This document shows positions 28,415 to 41,271 of a DNA stretch of 64,000 nucleotides, piece by piece; the first letter of the stretch is position 1, and every line of letters begins with the position of its first letter. Under the pieces are notes generated by a model. The model saw nothing but the letters and a program-made list of their open reading frames with translations, did no database searches and was not told where the DNA came from. The stretch spans positions 186,001-250,000 of the forward strand of contig CT868001.1 in NCBI GenBank assembly GCA_000165425.1, read 5' to 3'. A program made the position numbers and the translations under genes. Origin of the DNA: Paramecium tetraurelia. Lineage: Eukaryota.

Positions 28415-31400
28415 TCAATCTTGAGATTCTTCATCTATATGCTCTTCTACAGTTTTAATGCAATGAGAGTCAAACATATTTTGTACTTTGACTCCTGCTT
28501 ACAGTTTCTACCATTTCAATTTGAGAATTTATCTGTTTCTTTCTAGGAGTTCCTATTCATTTTTTTCAAGTGTGGAAAAACTACATTTCCAATTATAATA
28601 TTTTTATTTTAGCTCCTCAAAATGATCAGCTTGAAGATTCCCATTCATTATTTCTTTTAGTAAATTTGTGGAGTTATTTAGAATCAAATTCACAAATTAA
28701 AGATCAGCTCCTCTTAACATTTTTTATCTCAATTTCAACAGCTCCCTAAAATTAAATAATAAAAATACTCTTAAAAATTATATATCTTCACTATATGACT
28801 TTAGTGTTCAATAGCCTTTTTTTATGATTACATATCCCTTAATTAAAGCTTATGGAATTAATAAAATCGTATTACGAAGGGTGATAATTTATTTTTGAAT
28901 ACATTCATATTATTTTAGTGATTAGATTTAAATTATCTCCATTTCTTTAATAAATTTATTCCGTTCTTTTCTATTTACTATGCTTCTACAAAGTAGCCTT
29001 CCCATTTATTTAAACAATCTTAGTAAACTTTTTAAGAGTTTAAGTTGTGAGTACTTTATTTAATTTAAATTGTAATAAGCTATTCTTCAAAATAACCTTT
29101 TATTATTAAGACATTCATTTTATCGATCAATTCTTATTATAAATTAGGATTCTTCTAATTTAAACATTGATGTAACCTTTTATAATATTGATATATAGTA
29201 TTGTTACTGAAAATTTCCATTAGTCTTTCTTTAATTTAATCATGTAGGTTCTGCAAATTTACCATAAAAACTATTAAAAGCAAATTGCATAGATGTTCAT
29301 AATGCTCTGAGTTACATGCTTCTATATAATACAAAAGTTATTCTATGAATTCTAATACTATTTCAGGTCTAGATATCTTAAAAAGGGGTTAATCAATATG
29401 TTATTGATACGATATAATATCTTAATATTTTTAAGGAATTAAAACTTTTGATATTCCTTGTTGAGCCAAAAGTAATTTTATGCCAATTCGAGTCAAGTGA
29501 TTCATCCATTCATCTAGGTACATTTTTTGTTCAAAATACTAACTATATTCCAGAAAGCATTCAAATGAATCTTCAATAATATCAAAATTTTAGCACTCTA
29601 AAAATTCTAAATATTTTAAATAATATTATTAATCTTATTTATTTTTCAAGTTCTATATTGTAAATATTGCAAATGGTAAATTATCTTATAGGTGTAATAA
29701 GTTTAATGCTAAAATGATATAACCATGTTTCTAATCTTAATTTTTTAAGCCTTGTTCGAATAATATTATACTTTCATTATTTAAATAATATTTAAGTTGT
29801 TTATTCATTTTATTGATTCTGCAATTCTATTATAATAGCCATTTGTGAGCTGTTCTCATTTCATCAGACTTGATAAAATTCAAAATTGAAGTCTTATGAT
29901 CATCAATTGAATTTGCGATACTCTTCTATCTACTGCCATACGCGATTTTTGAATAATAATCGATTTGATCATTAATTGGAAAAGTTAGACGCAGAAGAAT
30001 ATTCTCATATTAATACTGAAGCCTTTATTTTAAAAATTTTAATATGTGTTTCGTTTCTTATTAACCTTATTAATTATCTAATGCTTAAGTTAATGTGACA
30101 ACTGGTTTTAAATTACACAAGTATGTTTTAATAATTTTACCTAATGCTTCAAAAGGGATTGCAATGTACTCATAAGCTATATCAATAAAAATCATTTATT
30201 CATTAACATTTTTTAGTAATTTTGAAGTTATGTGAATAATACAATATTAAGAAAAATCCATCATTAAACCTCCAGTGGGAAAAGAGAATTTGAATAAGAA
30301 TTAGAGTGCTTCATTAATGTTTTGGTTTTTATTAACAAAGGCCAATTGATTTAAGCAATATTATTATTGCTCTATTAAATCAATAATTAGGCTACATTAT
30401 TAATCTATTTCAAATTTGATCACACCCATACTACAGAGCATACATAATATAATTGATTCCAATTGTTTGAGTTTCTCTTCATAAGTCAGATTTTCTACAC
30501 GTAATTTAGAGTTTTTCACTAATTGAACAATATTGTCTTTAGTTAATATTCTTTTGGAGGAGCACTAAATGGTAATTTCAAATGATTAATCAATGTCGAT
30601 CTTATTAGATTAATTCGATATGAAATATTATTCTACTTAAATGAAATAGTTGTATCTAATCAATTAATGCTTTTCTTCGTCTGTCAGCTATTTGTTTTAT
30701 CTTTCATCTTTAACTTTTTCAATTAAGATTACCAAATCCTGATAATTATTAAATGATTAACACAATTGAACTGCATTCTCATAATTCAACTAATGGATTA
30801 TTGTTCTCCAATAGCCTAAGCCTATTAATGATTTATAACATTCTAATCCAAAACTGTTGAAAGAGTGAAGTTGCTCTTCGTATTTAAATTTTAAATAAAT
30901 TGGATTAATTGATTCTAAAATATTATTGAAAGCCATTTAAGCTAGCATTGCTTAATCTAATAAACGTTTTCTTTTCAGATTGTTGCCAACAATCCAATTT
31001 TCTAATTTGAAATTGTTTTTGGTCATAGGTGTGTATTAGGATGCCAAAGATACTAAGTATCTTCCTAGATGGGAGGATAATTTGAACTGATTACAAACAT
31101 AAATACAGAGTTTATAACTTTTAAACTGTTCCAAAACATCTAAAACAAAGTATACAGCTTCTATATCAAAATTCTCTAATTCATACAAAAAGTTAATCAT
31201 ATGATCTAATTCCTTTTCATCTTAATTTCTAAATGAGAGTAATGCACACTAGCTTTTTTGATTTTCTAAGAGAATTTTGAATTCATCCTTAAACTACTAA
31301 AATCTTTCAGCTAATTTCAACATTACATTGTTTTTCATGAAAATATTCAGTCTTGATTTCAGAAGTGGAGTAATTGAAGGTTAATTCATCAATAAAACAT

Positions 31401-34400
31401 TTGAAAATTATGATTCTATACTCGAGGATGCAATTGATTTAATTAGAGACTTATTCTCTGGTTTTATCCATTCATCATCTGGATCAAAAATCGATAAATG
31501 ATCTAGGGAGTCATCCTTTACAACTTAAAAAGATTAAGAATCTTCAAGAACGTTAATTTCATCTTTTTATGTCATCTAGCTTTGATTAAGAAGCGAAGCA
31601 TCAACTTCAAAGCTATCAGTTTCATCATGAGGATTATTTATTTATTCTTTTTGTTATTCCAACATTTCTTCTTTTTCAATATCCTCAGTTATTTTTTTCA
31701 AATATTTTGGAACAATAATATTTAAGAACATTAGTTTCTCCTGAGAAGTCAATTAATTCCCATTTAATTGATCTAGGGAAACATCCCAAAGCTATTCTTT
31801 ATTAAAGCATTCAATTGATCTTCTGACTTCTCCTAGTTCTGAAAATATTTGACCCGCAATTTAATATTGCCCAGAAAAATATGCGGATTCAGCCATTTCA
31901 TCTTTGCAACCTATTGATTAATATATTTTGAAGGCTTTCTCATAGTTTTTCCCTGAAAAGTAACAAGATGCTGCTCTCTTTGGTAGGTTGATTTCTTCAA
32001 AGATCTAAGCTGCTTCAATGAATAATACTGAATTATTTGAATTAAGAGTAGCTTAAGTTGCTAAATTATAAGCCAAAGATTTTTTTGCTAACTCATTTTC
32101 ATTAGCAAACATAAAACACTTTTAAGCCTATTCATAATTATTCTATCTTAACATCCTATAACCTTACTTTTTCCAATTAGTTTTATTATCAATTTAAAAG
32201 GATAATTTAAATTTGAACTCTTGGATTTATTATTCATGAACTATTTGCACAAGTTCTAACTCTTCCCAAATCTATTAAATATAATATCTATTTTATTAAG
32301 ATTAATCAAAAATTATTAATCTTTATTTTGGACGTGTTACAGCGACATATAGTTATTTTAATTCATGTTATAGTGTTAGATTAACGTTTTTCGAATTGAA
32401 AAGATTTTTATTTTACTTGCTATTTTTTTGGTTATATTATCTAAGTTCTAACTTTGTCAACTCAACTTCATTTTTGCTAATATTTTTTTGCATTAAAACT
32501 GTCTATAATTATTCTAAAAATTTATATATTTAAATATACTTGCAGAATTCCACTAACGCTGGTCCTTTCTGATTTTGACGATTTCTAATGTTTGAAATAA
32601 ACTCCATGCATTTTCATCCACACAGGCATCGGCAAAAAAGTTAAATAGAATTACATCATCAAATTCTAAGCCTTTTGCTTCATAAATTGTCAAAATGATT
32701 AAATTTTGTAATTCAATTGGAATTTTTAATTTAGATTCTTGATCTTTAACAATAATTACTGAATTAGAACCAAATTCAACATTGCTTTACTTATTTTAAT
32801 ATTCTTTGAATAGATAATTCAACAGATCTTGAGTCTAGATACTTTAAATTACTATGGGTTTTGGCCCTTATTTATTGGATTTTTCTTTTTACAAGAAGTC
32901 AAGGTATTTTGGAAAGAACAATTCAAGTGCATTTACAATAGTATTACCCAATTATAATATTTAATTGGTAGATCTGAAATTATATGATAATTGGATTAGC
33001 GAGGTTTGGGGTAAATTAATAGATGATTTTAATGAAATCTCCTTTTCTAGACAATTGACAATGTCTTAGAATTTAATTCCAACTCCTTTAACAATATTTT
33101 AAGCATTGTCACCAGCCAAAAATAATTAAACTTAAGTCATTCTATTAAGTAATATTAATAAGGCTTTGGGGACATCTTAAAGTTCATCAAGTATAATATA
33201 ATGCATATATTCAATATTATCATGGCAATACACCTACTAGAAATTAATATGATTAATCAGATCCAGTATATCATAATAGCCATATTTAGATTTTAATTTT
33301 TCATATATCAAAAATGCATTAAATACTTTTTAACGGTTCCCATCTTAATCACATCTTAGTCTAAGATAATAATTCTAATAGTCCTCTCTAATAAGATGAA
33401 AATTTGGATTTTTAAATGAATTTTCCTGTCCTTTGATGATATTAATGATATCTGACCAAATTAATGTAGGATCTAACTTAGTAAAGTATTATCTATCAGC
33501 TGTTCCAATATCTTGAATAATTTTAGGCCAAAAAAAGTCTTTAAAGCATTCCAAAGTAACCTCTTTTAAATTGTTATTATGATAAATGACTTCCTTAGAG
33601 TCGAGATCATTGACCTCAGAATTTAATTACTCTTAGAAATTATTATTAGTAACACTTTAATTCAAAGAGAGCACTCCGAAATACTCATTATGCCATTAAG
33701 CTGATCTATGAATCTGCTCTTTGTTTTTAAAGAATGGATTATTTAATTGTGAATCAATTAGAAATAATAATTTTCTAATTGTAAGGAATGCTGGAAATTA
33801 TTTGATATCAGACAAAGTTTAAAATTGCCCCATCTCTTTTTCATATTAATCAATGTCTTCTTCATTTTCCTCTTCATCTTCAATTTGAAATTAACTTGCG
33901 TTCTCTTCTTCCTCTTCTAATACATCTAGAATCTGAACAGTACTTTCATCTAGGTTTTCTTTTAGCTATTCTGAAAACTTTTATACTTTATTCTTTTCCC
34001 TTAAAGTCTATTGAACATTTTTGACTAGATTATCATACTTTTATTTAATTTATTAAGCTAACAAAGGGCTGGATGTTAAAAATAAAGTTTTCAATTAAAT
34101 TCCAGTTGACAATTAGTCAGTGTATTACAAGTTAATTTTAGAATTAGATTCTTAGACAAGATCAAGATTCTATCTCAACATGAAAATTGCATCAGTAATA
34201 AATAATTTCAACAATGAGATAGTAGTTTTACCGGTTCCACTTCTACCAATTAAAATTGTATCACCTTATTTGGCTATGGCTTCAAATTATTCCATATTTG
34301 TTGTAAAATTTTCACTCTTAATATTCTTTAGTAAATTCCTATATTATTAAAAATTTGGAGTAAAAAGGTATTTTTTCAATTAAAAGTAAGATCCTTTTAA

Positions 34401-35241
34401 ATCATTCTATGTTTATTTTCTTTTTTTATAATCATTGTAATTTTATTTTTTCACCCATCTCTGATAATTTTGGTTGAATACATATTTATCTGCCTAAAAA
34501 TTTGGAATCCTGTAGCTTTTAGGATTATTAAAATCTTGGAAAGTGAAAGAATCCTGTTCTTTAGACTAACTTTACATTTTAGGCTTTTTGATTTCTTATA
34601 TTAAACTAAGTTCTTCTAACAGAAAAGGATCTTCTTCTTAATGAATTTCATATTTTCTAAGGGGCTTGTCATAATCATATTTTCCTAAACATATAAAGAC
34701 CATTTATTGAACATACTCAAGGGTTTGAAGTTGATTTTATGAATTTAAAGTAAATTTTTATTTTGGAATTATTTACACAATGACTGAGTCTTTTCGATTA
34801 TTTTTGCAATCAAATATAAGATAAAATTCTACATTTGGTAAAGTTTATTAAGATAAATTGATTTTCGAAGGTTACTTTTTAAAATTTCCTTATAAAATAG
34901 AGTGCATTGTAAACAGCACATTAGTTTCGAACTTAAATTGTTCTAAAAAGGTTTCTTTTGGATTAATATTGATAAGTACCTGTCATTGTAAATTCCCATT
35001 TTCTTTATGGAAATAAGAGATTTATATCGAAATTATTAAATATATATCGCAATGGGCTGTTTGTAAGGGAATTTACAGGTATTAGTTGTGCACACTTATC
35101 TCTCATTTAAGATTTAACATAAAATTCTAAAAATTTTGGAATAAACCCAGATTTAAAGTTTGTAGGTTGTTCAGGGCAAAATTATTTCCCCAAATTTACA
35201 AATCTTTCTTCTTCTTTTTGGAAAATTTCTTCTTAATTCAT
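28415..35241 (-). CDS. TRANK1/LBA1-like superfamily-1 (UvrD-type) helicase with TPR-like C-terminal region, ~2250 aa
   Basis: Walker A LIGRSGTGKTT (~34221-34250), YIILDELQD (~33174-33200), LAGDNAQNI, LSYNFRS, LTIYEAKGLEFDDV, ELKQLYVAVTR; then WKKQGY...YEQAQKCF and AAQIFEEINLPKRAASCYF helical repeats. Confidence 0.9.
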
Positions 35242-35919
35242 CTATATCCAAGATAATATAATAATTCTTTAATATTAATTGAGAATCAATAATGTAATTT
35301 TTTATGACACCGTAATTCTGATAAAATATATCAAACAACAACATTTCAACATTTTTAAAAGAATTAATAATCTAGGATGAGTAGCTAAGAATATTGACAG
35401 CAAAGAATAGCTTTAATGCATTAAAATCATTTATTGAAATCTCAATGTATATATCTTAAATTAATTGAAATTATATATATATTTTATTGCAATTACTTTT
35501 TAATCTATTCAAGAGAAGAACTCTACCTTTTTGATAAAATAAAATTTAATGTTATTTTTCCACAATGAATAAGATTTAATATTTTAAGAATCGAAAGATT
35601 TGGCATATACATGCTACAATCAATTAATTTTGTTTAATTAATTCCTATTTCTGGCTGATAATTAAGTTGTCATAAATCGAATATATAAGAAGTAATATTT
35701 AATTAAATGACAGATATATACCACCTTTTTAACTGATTACATTGGATAATTATAGATCAAAGTAGTGATCCTACATTTATGAAACACCAACAACAATTAA
35801 TTTATTAGATAAGTAAACAAATCAAACGAGTTTAGAATCAAAAATTCTTTAAAAATATTGATACTAAAATTTTTATATTAAATATAACTTATATATATTT
35901 AAAATAAATTTCTTTTATA

Positions 35920-36498
35920 ATGGGACTTTTGAAAATTATCAAAAAAACCAAAGAGAGAGAAAAGGAGATGAGGCTATTGATTTTGGGATTAGATAATGCA
36001 GGAAAGACTACGATACTAAAAAAATTCAATGGGGAGGACATTTCTTAAATATCTCCTACTTTGGGTTTCAATATCAAAACTCTTAGTTATAATGGATATA
36101 AATTGAATTGTTGGGGTAACATGTTTAAAATAATGATAGATGTTGGTGGTTAATAGACAATAAGATCATATTGGAAGAATTATTTTGAATAGACGGATGG
36201 GTTAATTTGGGTGGTAGATTCGACTGATAAGGCTCGTTTAGATGATTGCAAAAAGGAATTATAAAATTTGTTGAAATAAGAGAAGTTGATTGGGGCAACT
36301 CTATTGATTTTTTGTAATAAGCAAGATGTTCCAAAATCATTGAGTTTACAATAAATTAGAGAGTATTTGGAACTGGATTTGATACAGACAAGACATTGGG
36401 GCATCATTGCCTGCTCAGCAGTGACTGGAGATGGGTTGTTGGAAGGCATTGATTGGATAGTCACTGACATTTCAAGCAGAATTTTTATGATGAGTTGA
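35920..36498 (+). CDS. ARL2: ADP-ribosylation factor-like GTPase 2
   Basis: [41 protein letters not shown]...[36 protein letters not shown]; ends [10 protein letters not shown]. Confidence 0.95.
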
Positions 36499-36511
36499 TA
36501 AAATAATTATT

Positions 36512-37353
36512 ATGATTATTGTATTGCTATTATTACTTTTTGATGTTAATGCAGATTGGTTTCATAGCACATTGGCATTTACATTGGCGGCAAACAATTA
36601 TCAATAGCATTTGGGTCAGGACAAGCATGTAAGTATTAAACGAAACAGGTTGTTTTAGATTTCTTTACCCCGTGGTGCGTGTATTGTTAACATATGGCAG
36701 GAGAGTTCAATCAGGTGTTTGAACACTACTAGGAAACCAGGCCAGATATCTTGATTGCTAAGATGAATTGTGACGAGTCACAAAACCAACATATATGTCA
36801 CCATTACGGAGTGCATTCGTTTCCGACCATCTTGTACTTCCCTCCTGGATAGGATAGACCGACTTCATAGTTTCAGAATCACAGGAGGTTCGATTTCTTT
36901 GTTTAATGGATTGATTCTTTGGCATAGATGTCTGAATCGGCTAAGTAGGAGGTGCAACAATAGAAGATGGAGAAGATTCTGAAGGAATAGGAAGAATAGG
37001 AGTAGAGATTGAGGGAGATGATGGAATTGGAGAAGTAGAAACAAATCGAATTGGAAGAGCAGGAGAAGTAGAAGGAAGAAGAGTTGAGGATCTCATAATC
37101 AATTTAATAATAGATTACAGAGGCGAATACATTCATAGACACAATCAAAGGGATGGAGAAGGAGGTGTACACTTTACAGTAACAAATCGCAGAGCTAAAC
37201 AGCAAAATGAGTTAAATTAAGAAGATGCCAAAAGTGAATGTAAATCATGCTTTGGTGTTTGCAATTATTGGATTCTTTATTGGAGTAGCAATGACTTCTT
37301 TGGTGTGTCTATTTCAAAAATCAAGTAGTGCAAATGTAGAGAAAGGGATGTGA
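36512..37353 (+). CDS. Membrane-anchored thioredoxin/PDI-like protein
   Basis: Signal peptide, DFFTPWCVYC, YGVHSFPTILYF, Glu/Gln/Lys coiled coil, C-terminal TM ALVFAIIGFFIGVAMTSLVCLF. Confidence 0.88.
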
Positions 37354-37448
37354 GATTATTTCATCATTTATTAAAATCAATATTTTCTCATGTGTTAGAA
37401 TTGGGTTAATTAAAATATTTATATTGATTAAAAAATATATTTTTTGTC

Positions 37449-38531
37449 TCATTAAATCAAAATAACTAGAAGAATAGCCATAGCAACTGTCTGAGCAAAT
37501 GATGCTTCTAGATTTTGTATTTCAGTTACACCTGAGGTGATTGCAGTCTAATGATATTTATCAAATATAAATTACTCCTTTCAATATCTTTCTACCATTC
37601 AAGTGTTAGATGGGCCTATTGTTGTGTTTGATCGGGAAAAGGGTGGAGTCAGCAAGGTAATCCTAAAATTGCTTAAGCTAGGCTGTGCTTATTGGCAATG
37701 GTTGTTGGAATACTACCCAATTTACAGTTTGTGAACATGGAAGTGTGGTTAAACTTCCATTATAATGATAATATGTAGCATCTGACAATTTGGAGAAAAA
37801 ATCACTATAGGTTTTGTTGAAAATGAGTACTTCAAATCGAAAGATTCCACTTCTCCGGTAGTATTGGAATCAAACCACGGCTTAAAAGCATCATAGTCGG
37901 TGGCACTTGAAGATTCTTAGAACATTAATCCAAAAACGGTAAGTTTGTTTTTCACTGTGTTACAGTCTTATTCACTATCTTGGATGGCCTAAAATGACGA
38001 TATAATTACTTGATGGACAAAATGGATTTCCAGATCATAATATTTTCCATCGATTGTATGTTCAGATGGAGTGTGGATGTGGAATTGTTTGGCATAATAG
38101 CGGATAACTGATCCAGAGGCATCTGTAACTTCGATTTCTGAATACTCTCCTTCATATTCTTTGGTGTATGGCTCTAAAAATAGATAATCAAATATTTTAC
38201 TGTTTGCTTCTTCATATCCCACACTAGCATCCTTGCTTCTATAGTGAATTTGAGGCTAGACAGGTTCTTAGGTACTTCCAGTCGTTACTATGTCGATGGG
38301 TGATTGGAAACTGCCACCACATGTTACAACCAAATCTAATATTATTAATAGCCATATACCTGCCCAGTTAGCGACGTTAGCATAATTCCATCCAGTAGCT
38401 CCAAAATCTGCAGCAGAGACTCCGTCTGCATAGATTGCATCAGGAAGAGAACAATAATCTCTGGTTACTTCATTAGTTGTGGTTTCTGCTGAAATCAAAG
38501 TCGGTATCAAAGCAAAGAATCCAAAAATCAT
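37449..38531 (-). CDS. Alpha-carbonic anhydrase, secreted or GPI-anchored
   Basis: Signal peptide, [36 protein letters not shown] (three Zn-binding His), [24 protein letters not shown]; hydrophobic C-terminus. Confidence 0.93.
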
Positions 38532-39367
38532 GATTTAAAATTAATGAAATATGTAATCAATTTTTCTAGTATATGAATTTAAACATTAAGAAAGAACCTG
38601 AATTTTAAAACTTATAATGCTTTCATCATCTTATTCTCTCCTTCTCTAACACATCAACTGTGTGAATTCTCCTTTTCTTTTCAAATAGATGTTGATGACT
38701 TTTAGGCTTAACTAACATTATATATTTTGACTAAACTATATTTATTAAATTATAAGAGAAATTTGAGATTATGATCTCGCCAAATTTCTTTTTTGATTTA
38801 TAGTGCATTTTAGCACTCCCCTACCACTCATAAACACTTCACTATCCAAAATAACTCATTAGATTTTGATCTTCACCTTGATTATTCAACTCTTTTCCAA
38901 TGACATCTGAATTCTACTTGTTTTTTCAATTGATCCCATAAGCTAATCCGAATAGATCAAATTTAGTTTAATCTATACAACATTGATATCGAAATTCTCT
39001 TCTCCATTTTTTTAATCCTCCTTTTTACTTCTCTAAATGTTCTTCATCTATATTTAAGTCATTTAACCTCACCTAATGTTTTAGACTGAAACCCTACTAA
39101 CAAATAGTAATTATACATCCACTAATAATTCCTAATTTGAGGAAATATATACTTTTCCAAAAATAGTCCTTAATATGGCAACAAGGTTTGCAGTTCTGCT
39201 TCGATGCATAAAGTCAAGAAGGAGATTCTACATCTTGCTTTCATGTCTATTAGTAGTTGATTAAAATATAATTTTTATAAAGATCATCCATAAAATTTTA
39301 CAAATTAATATTAATATGCTTCATATATTTAATTTGTAAAAATAACTATTATTTATATTAATATACA

Positions 39368-41247
39368 TCAAATTTACTATTCATGAATAATCTTTCCTTG
39401 CTTTAATTTGTTTAAATTTACGTTAATAATAATTACCTTACCAATAGCAACTATGTTAAACTTCTCCCTCAGAATTATTCGACTTAATTATTCTAAATTT
39501 GAATGTGTTTCTACACAAACTTAATCATCACACTCAAGTTCAACTTCAGCAAACTCATTAGAAACTATAGCTCTAGGAAATTTCTTTTTAATTGTTTGAG
39601 CATCCTCGTTGTAAGTATGATTTAGTTTCTTCACTACAACGCCGATCTAGATAGAAATATCCTAGTACCTTTTAAGCACCCAAATGCATCAAATACTGAG
39701 ATCCCTTTATGATTGGAGTTTGAAGTTCTAATGTACTTAACTAACAAATCAATCTATTGGCAACTGGCACATGATGTTCAATCTGACTCAACACTGACCC
39801 AATATGTATATTTTAGAATTCTGAGTCAACAAGTGTTTTAATCTTAACTTCCACAATATCCCCTTCCACACTCTATCTTTCGACCTCCTTCACTTCACAG
39901 AAGATTCCTTATGGTAGAATAACATAATTTATATTCTTCTCCAATTACCCAGAATGCAATTTTCCTAATAAACATGTTCCTCTTAACTTTCCTTCATTCT
40001 AATGGAATCTATTCAAAATAGTGAATCTGAGTGGCTAACACAATATCTATATAAAAACATACCTTATCATTTGCTCTTAAGAGAGGAGGCAAATTAAGTA
40101 TTTCTTGAACCAAAGTCTCTCCTTAATACCAATTGATGTTGTGTTTATTTTGTATATTTAAACCTTGAAATGCAGAGATTGGTATGAATTTAATTTGTTT
40201 TTGATTGTACCCTAGTTTGGCTGCTGAAACCTTAATGTAATCTTTGGCTACATCAAACTGCTTTTAATCCCAATCAATCTGATCCATTTTGTTCAATGCC
40301 ACCACTATTTCTTTAATAAGCATAGCACTTATCAACTACAACTTTTCCCTTAACATGCCACTCTTGATACTATTCTCAAAGGCATTTTTAGTAGTATCTA
40401 CTACCAATATGGCATAATCTGCCTATGCTGCTCCTGCTATTAAATATGGAGCAAAGTCTTGATGTCCGGGAGAATCTAACAGATTGTATTGTCTTCCTCC
40501 AATCACTACGGTTTTATAAGCCATATCCATGGTTACTCCTTTTTCCTTCTCCTCTTTGGTCATATCAGTGGCGTAGGCAAGAGCTGAGGATTCCTTACCC
40601 AAATTCTTAGCATCTTTTTGATTCTTCCTTAATTCTTTATCATCCAATGCTTTAAACACTTGGAGCAGTCTTCCTGTCAGCGTGCTTTTGCCTGTGTCAA
40701 CGTGGCCTAAAATAACAATGCTGGTTGAGGGGTTGCTTTAGACAACATTCTTATATTTGATGCTGGGATAAGGGGAGTTAAATTCATCAACATTGTATTC
40801 AATGTGAAATTGATTCTTAGATTTGTCAGTACTATTTTGTTACTTTACTAATTAGGGCAATTATTAAGGTTACTCCTCCACCTTAACTGCCTGTATAAGC
40901 TACTGTTATTTCTTAGTTGGCTATGATTTCTGAGGCTATTATTATTTTTGTGTCTTTTTTATCTTATTACTCAAGTATTCGAATGCAGCATCATGATCTC
41001 CATCTGTCTCGTATAATGCATCAATGATCTGCTTACGAGTAAAATCAAGTTGGAATATCTCACACAAATTATTGATGACTTCTAATTCACCTTTAAAATA
41101 TTTAAATGAATGATTACTCAAGGAGAAATTGTGATCCCCGTATTAATCGTCATCTTCTTATTAGTTATAGTCATCGGCATCCTCATAATCGTCATCATTA
41201 TAATCGCCATGCCTAAGCATATTGTACACTCCTTAATGTCTTGACAT
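39368..41247 (-). CDS. HBS1: HBS1-like translational GTPase
   Basis: MSRH + acidic DY-rich N-terminus, GHVDTGKSTLTG, GKESSALAYATD, EKEKGVTMD, DSPGHQDF, NKMD; exact 3' end slightly uncertain. Confidence 0.9.
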
Positions 41248-41271
41248 AAATATTTATTTATTTTAATAGAA

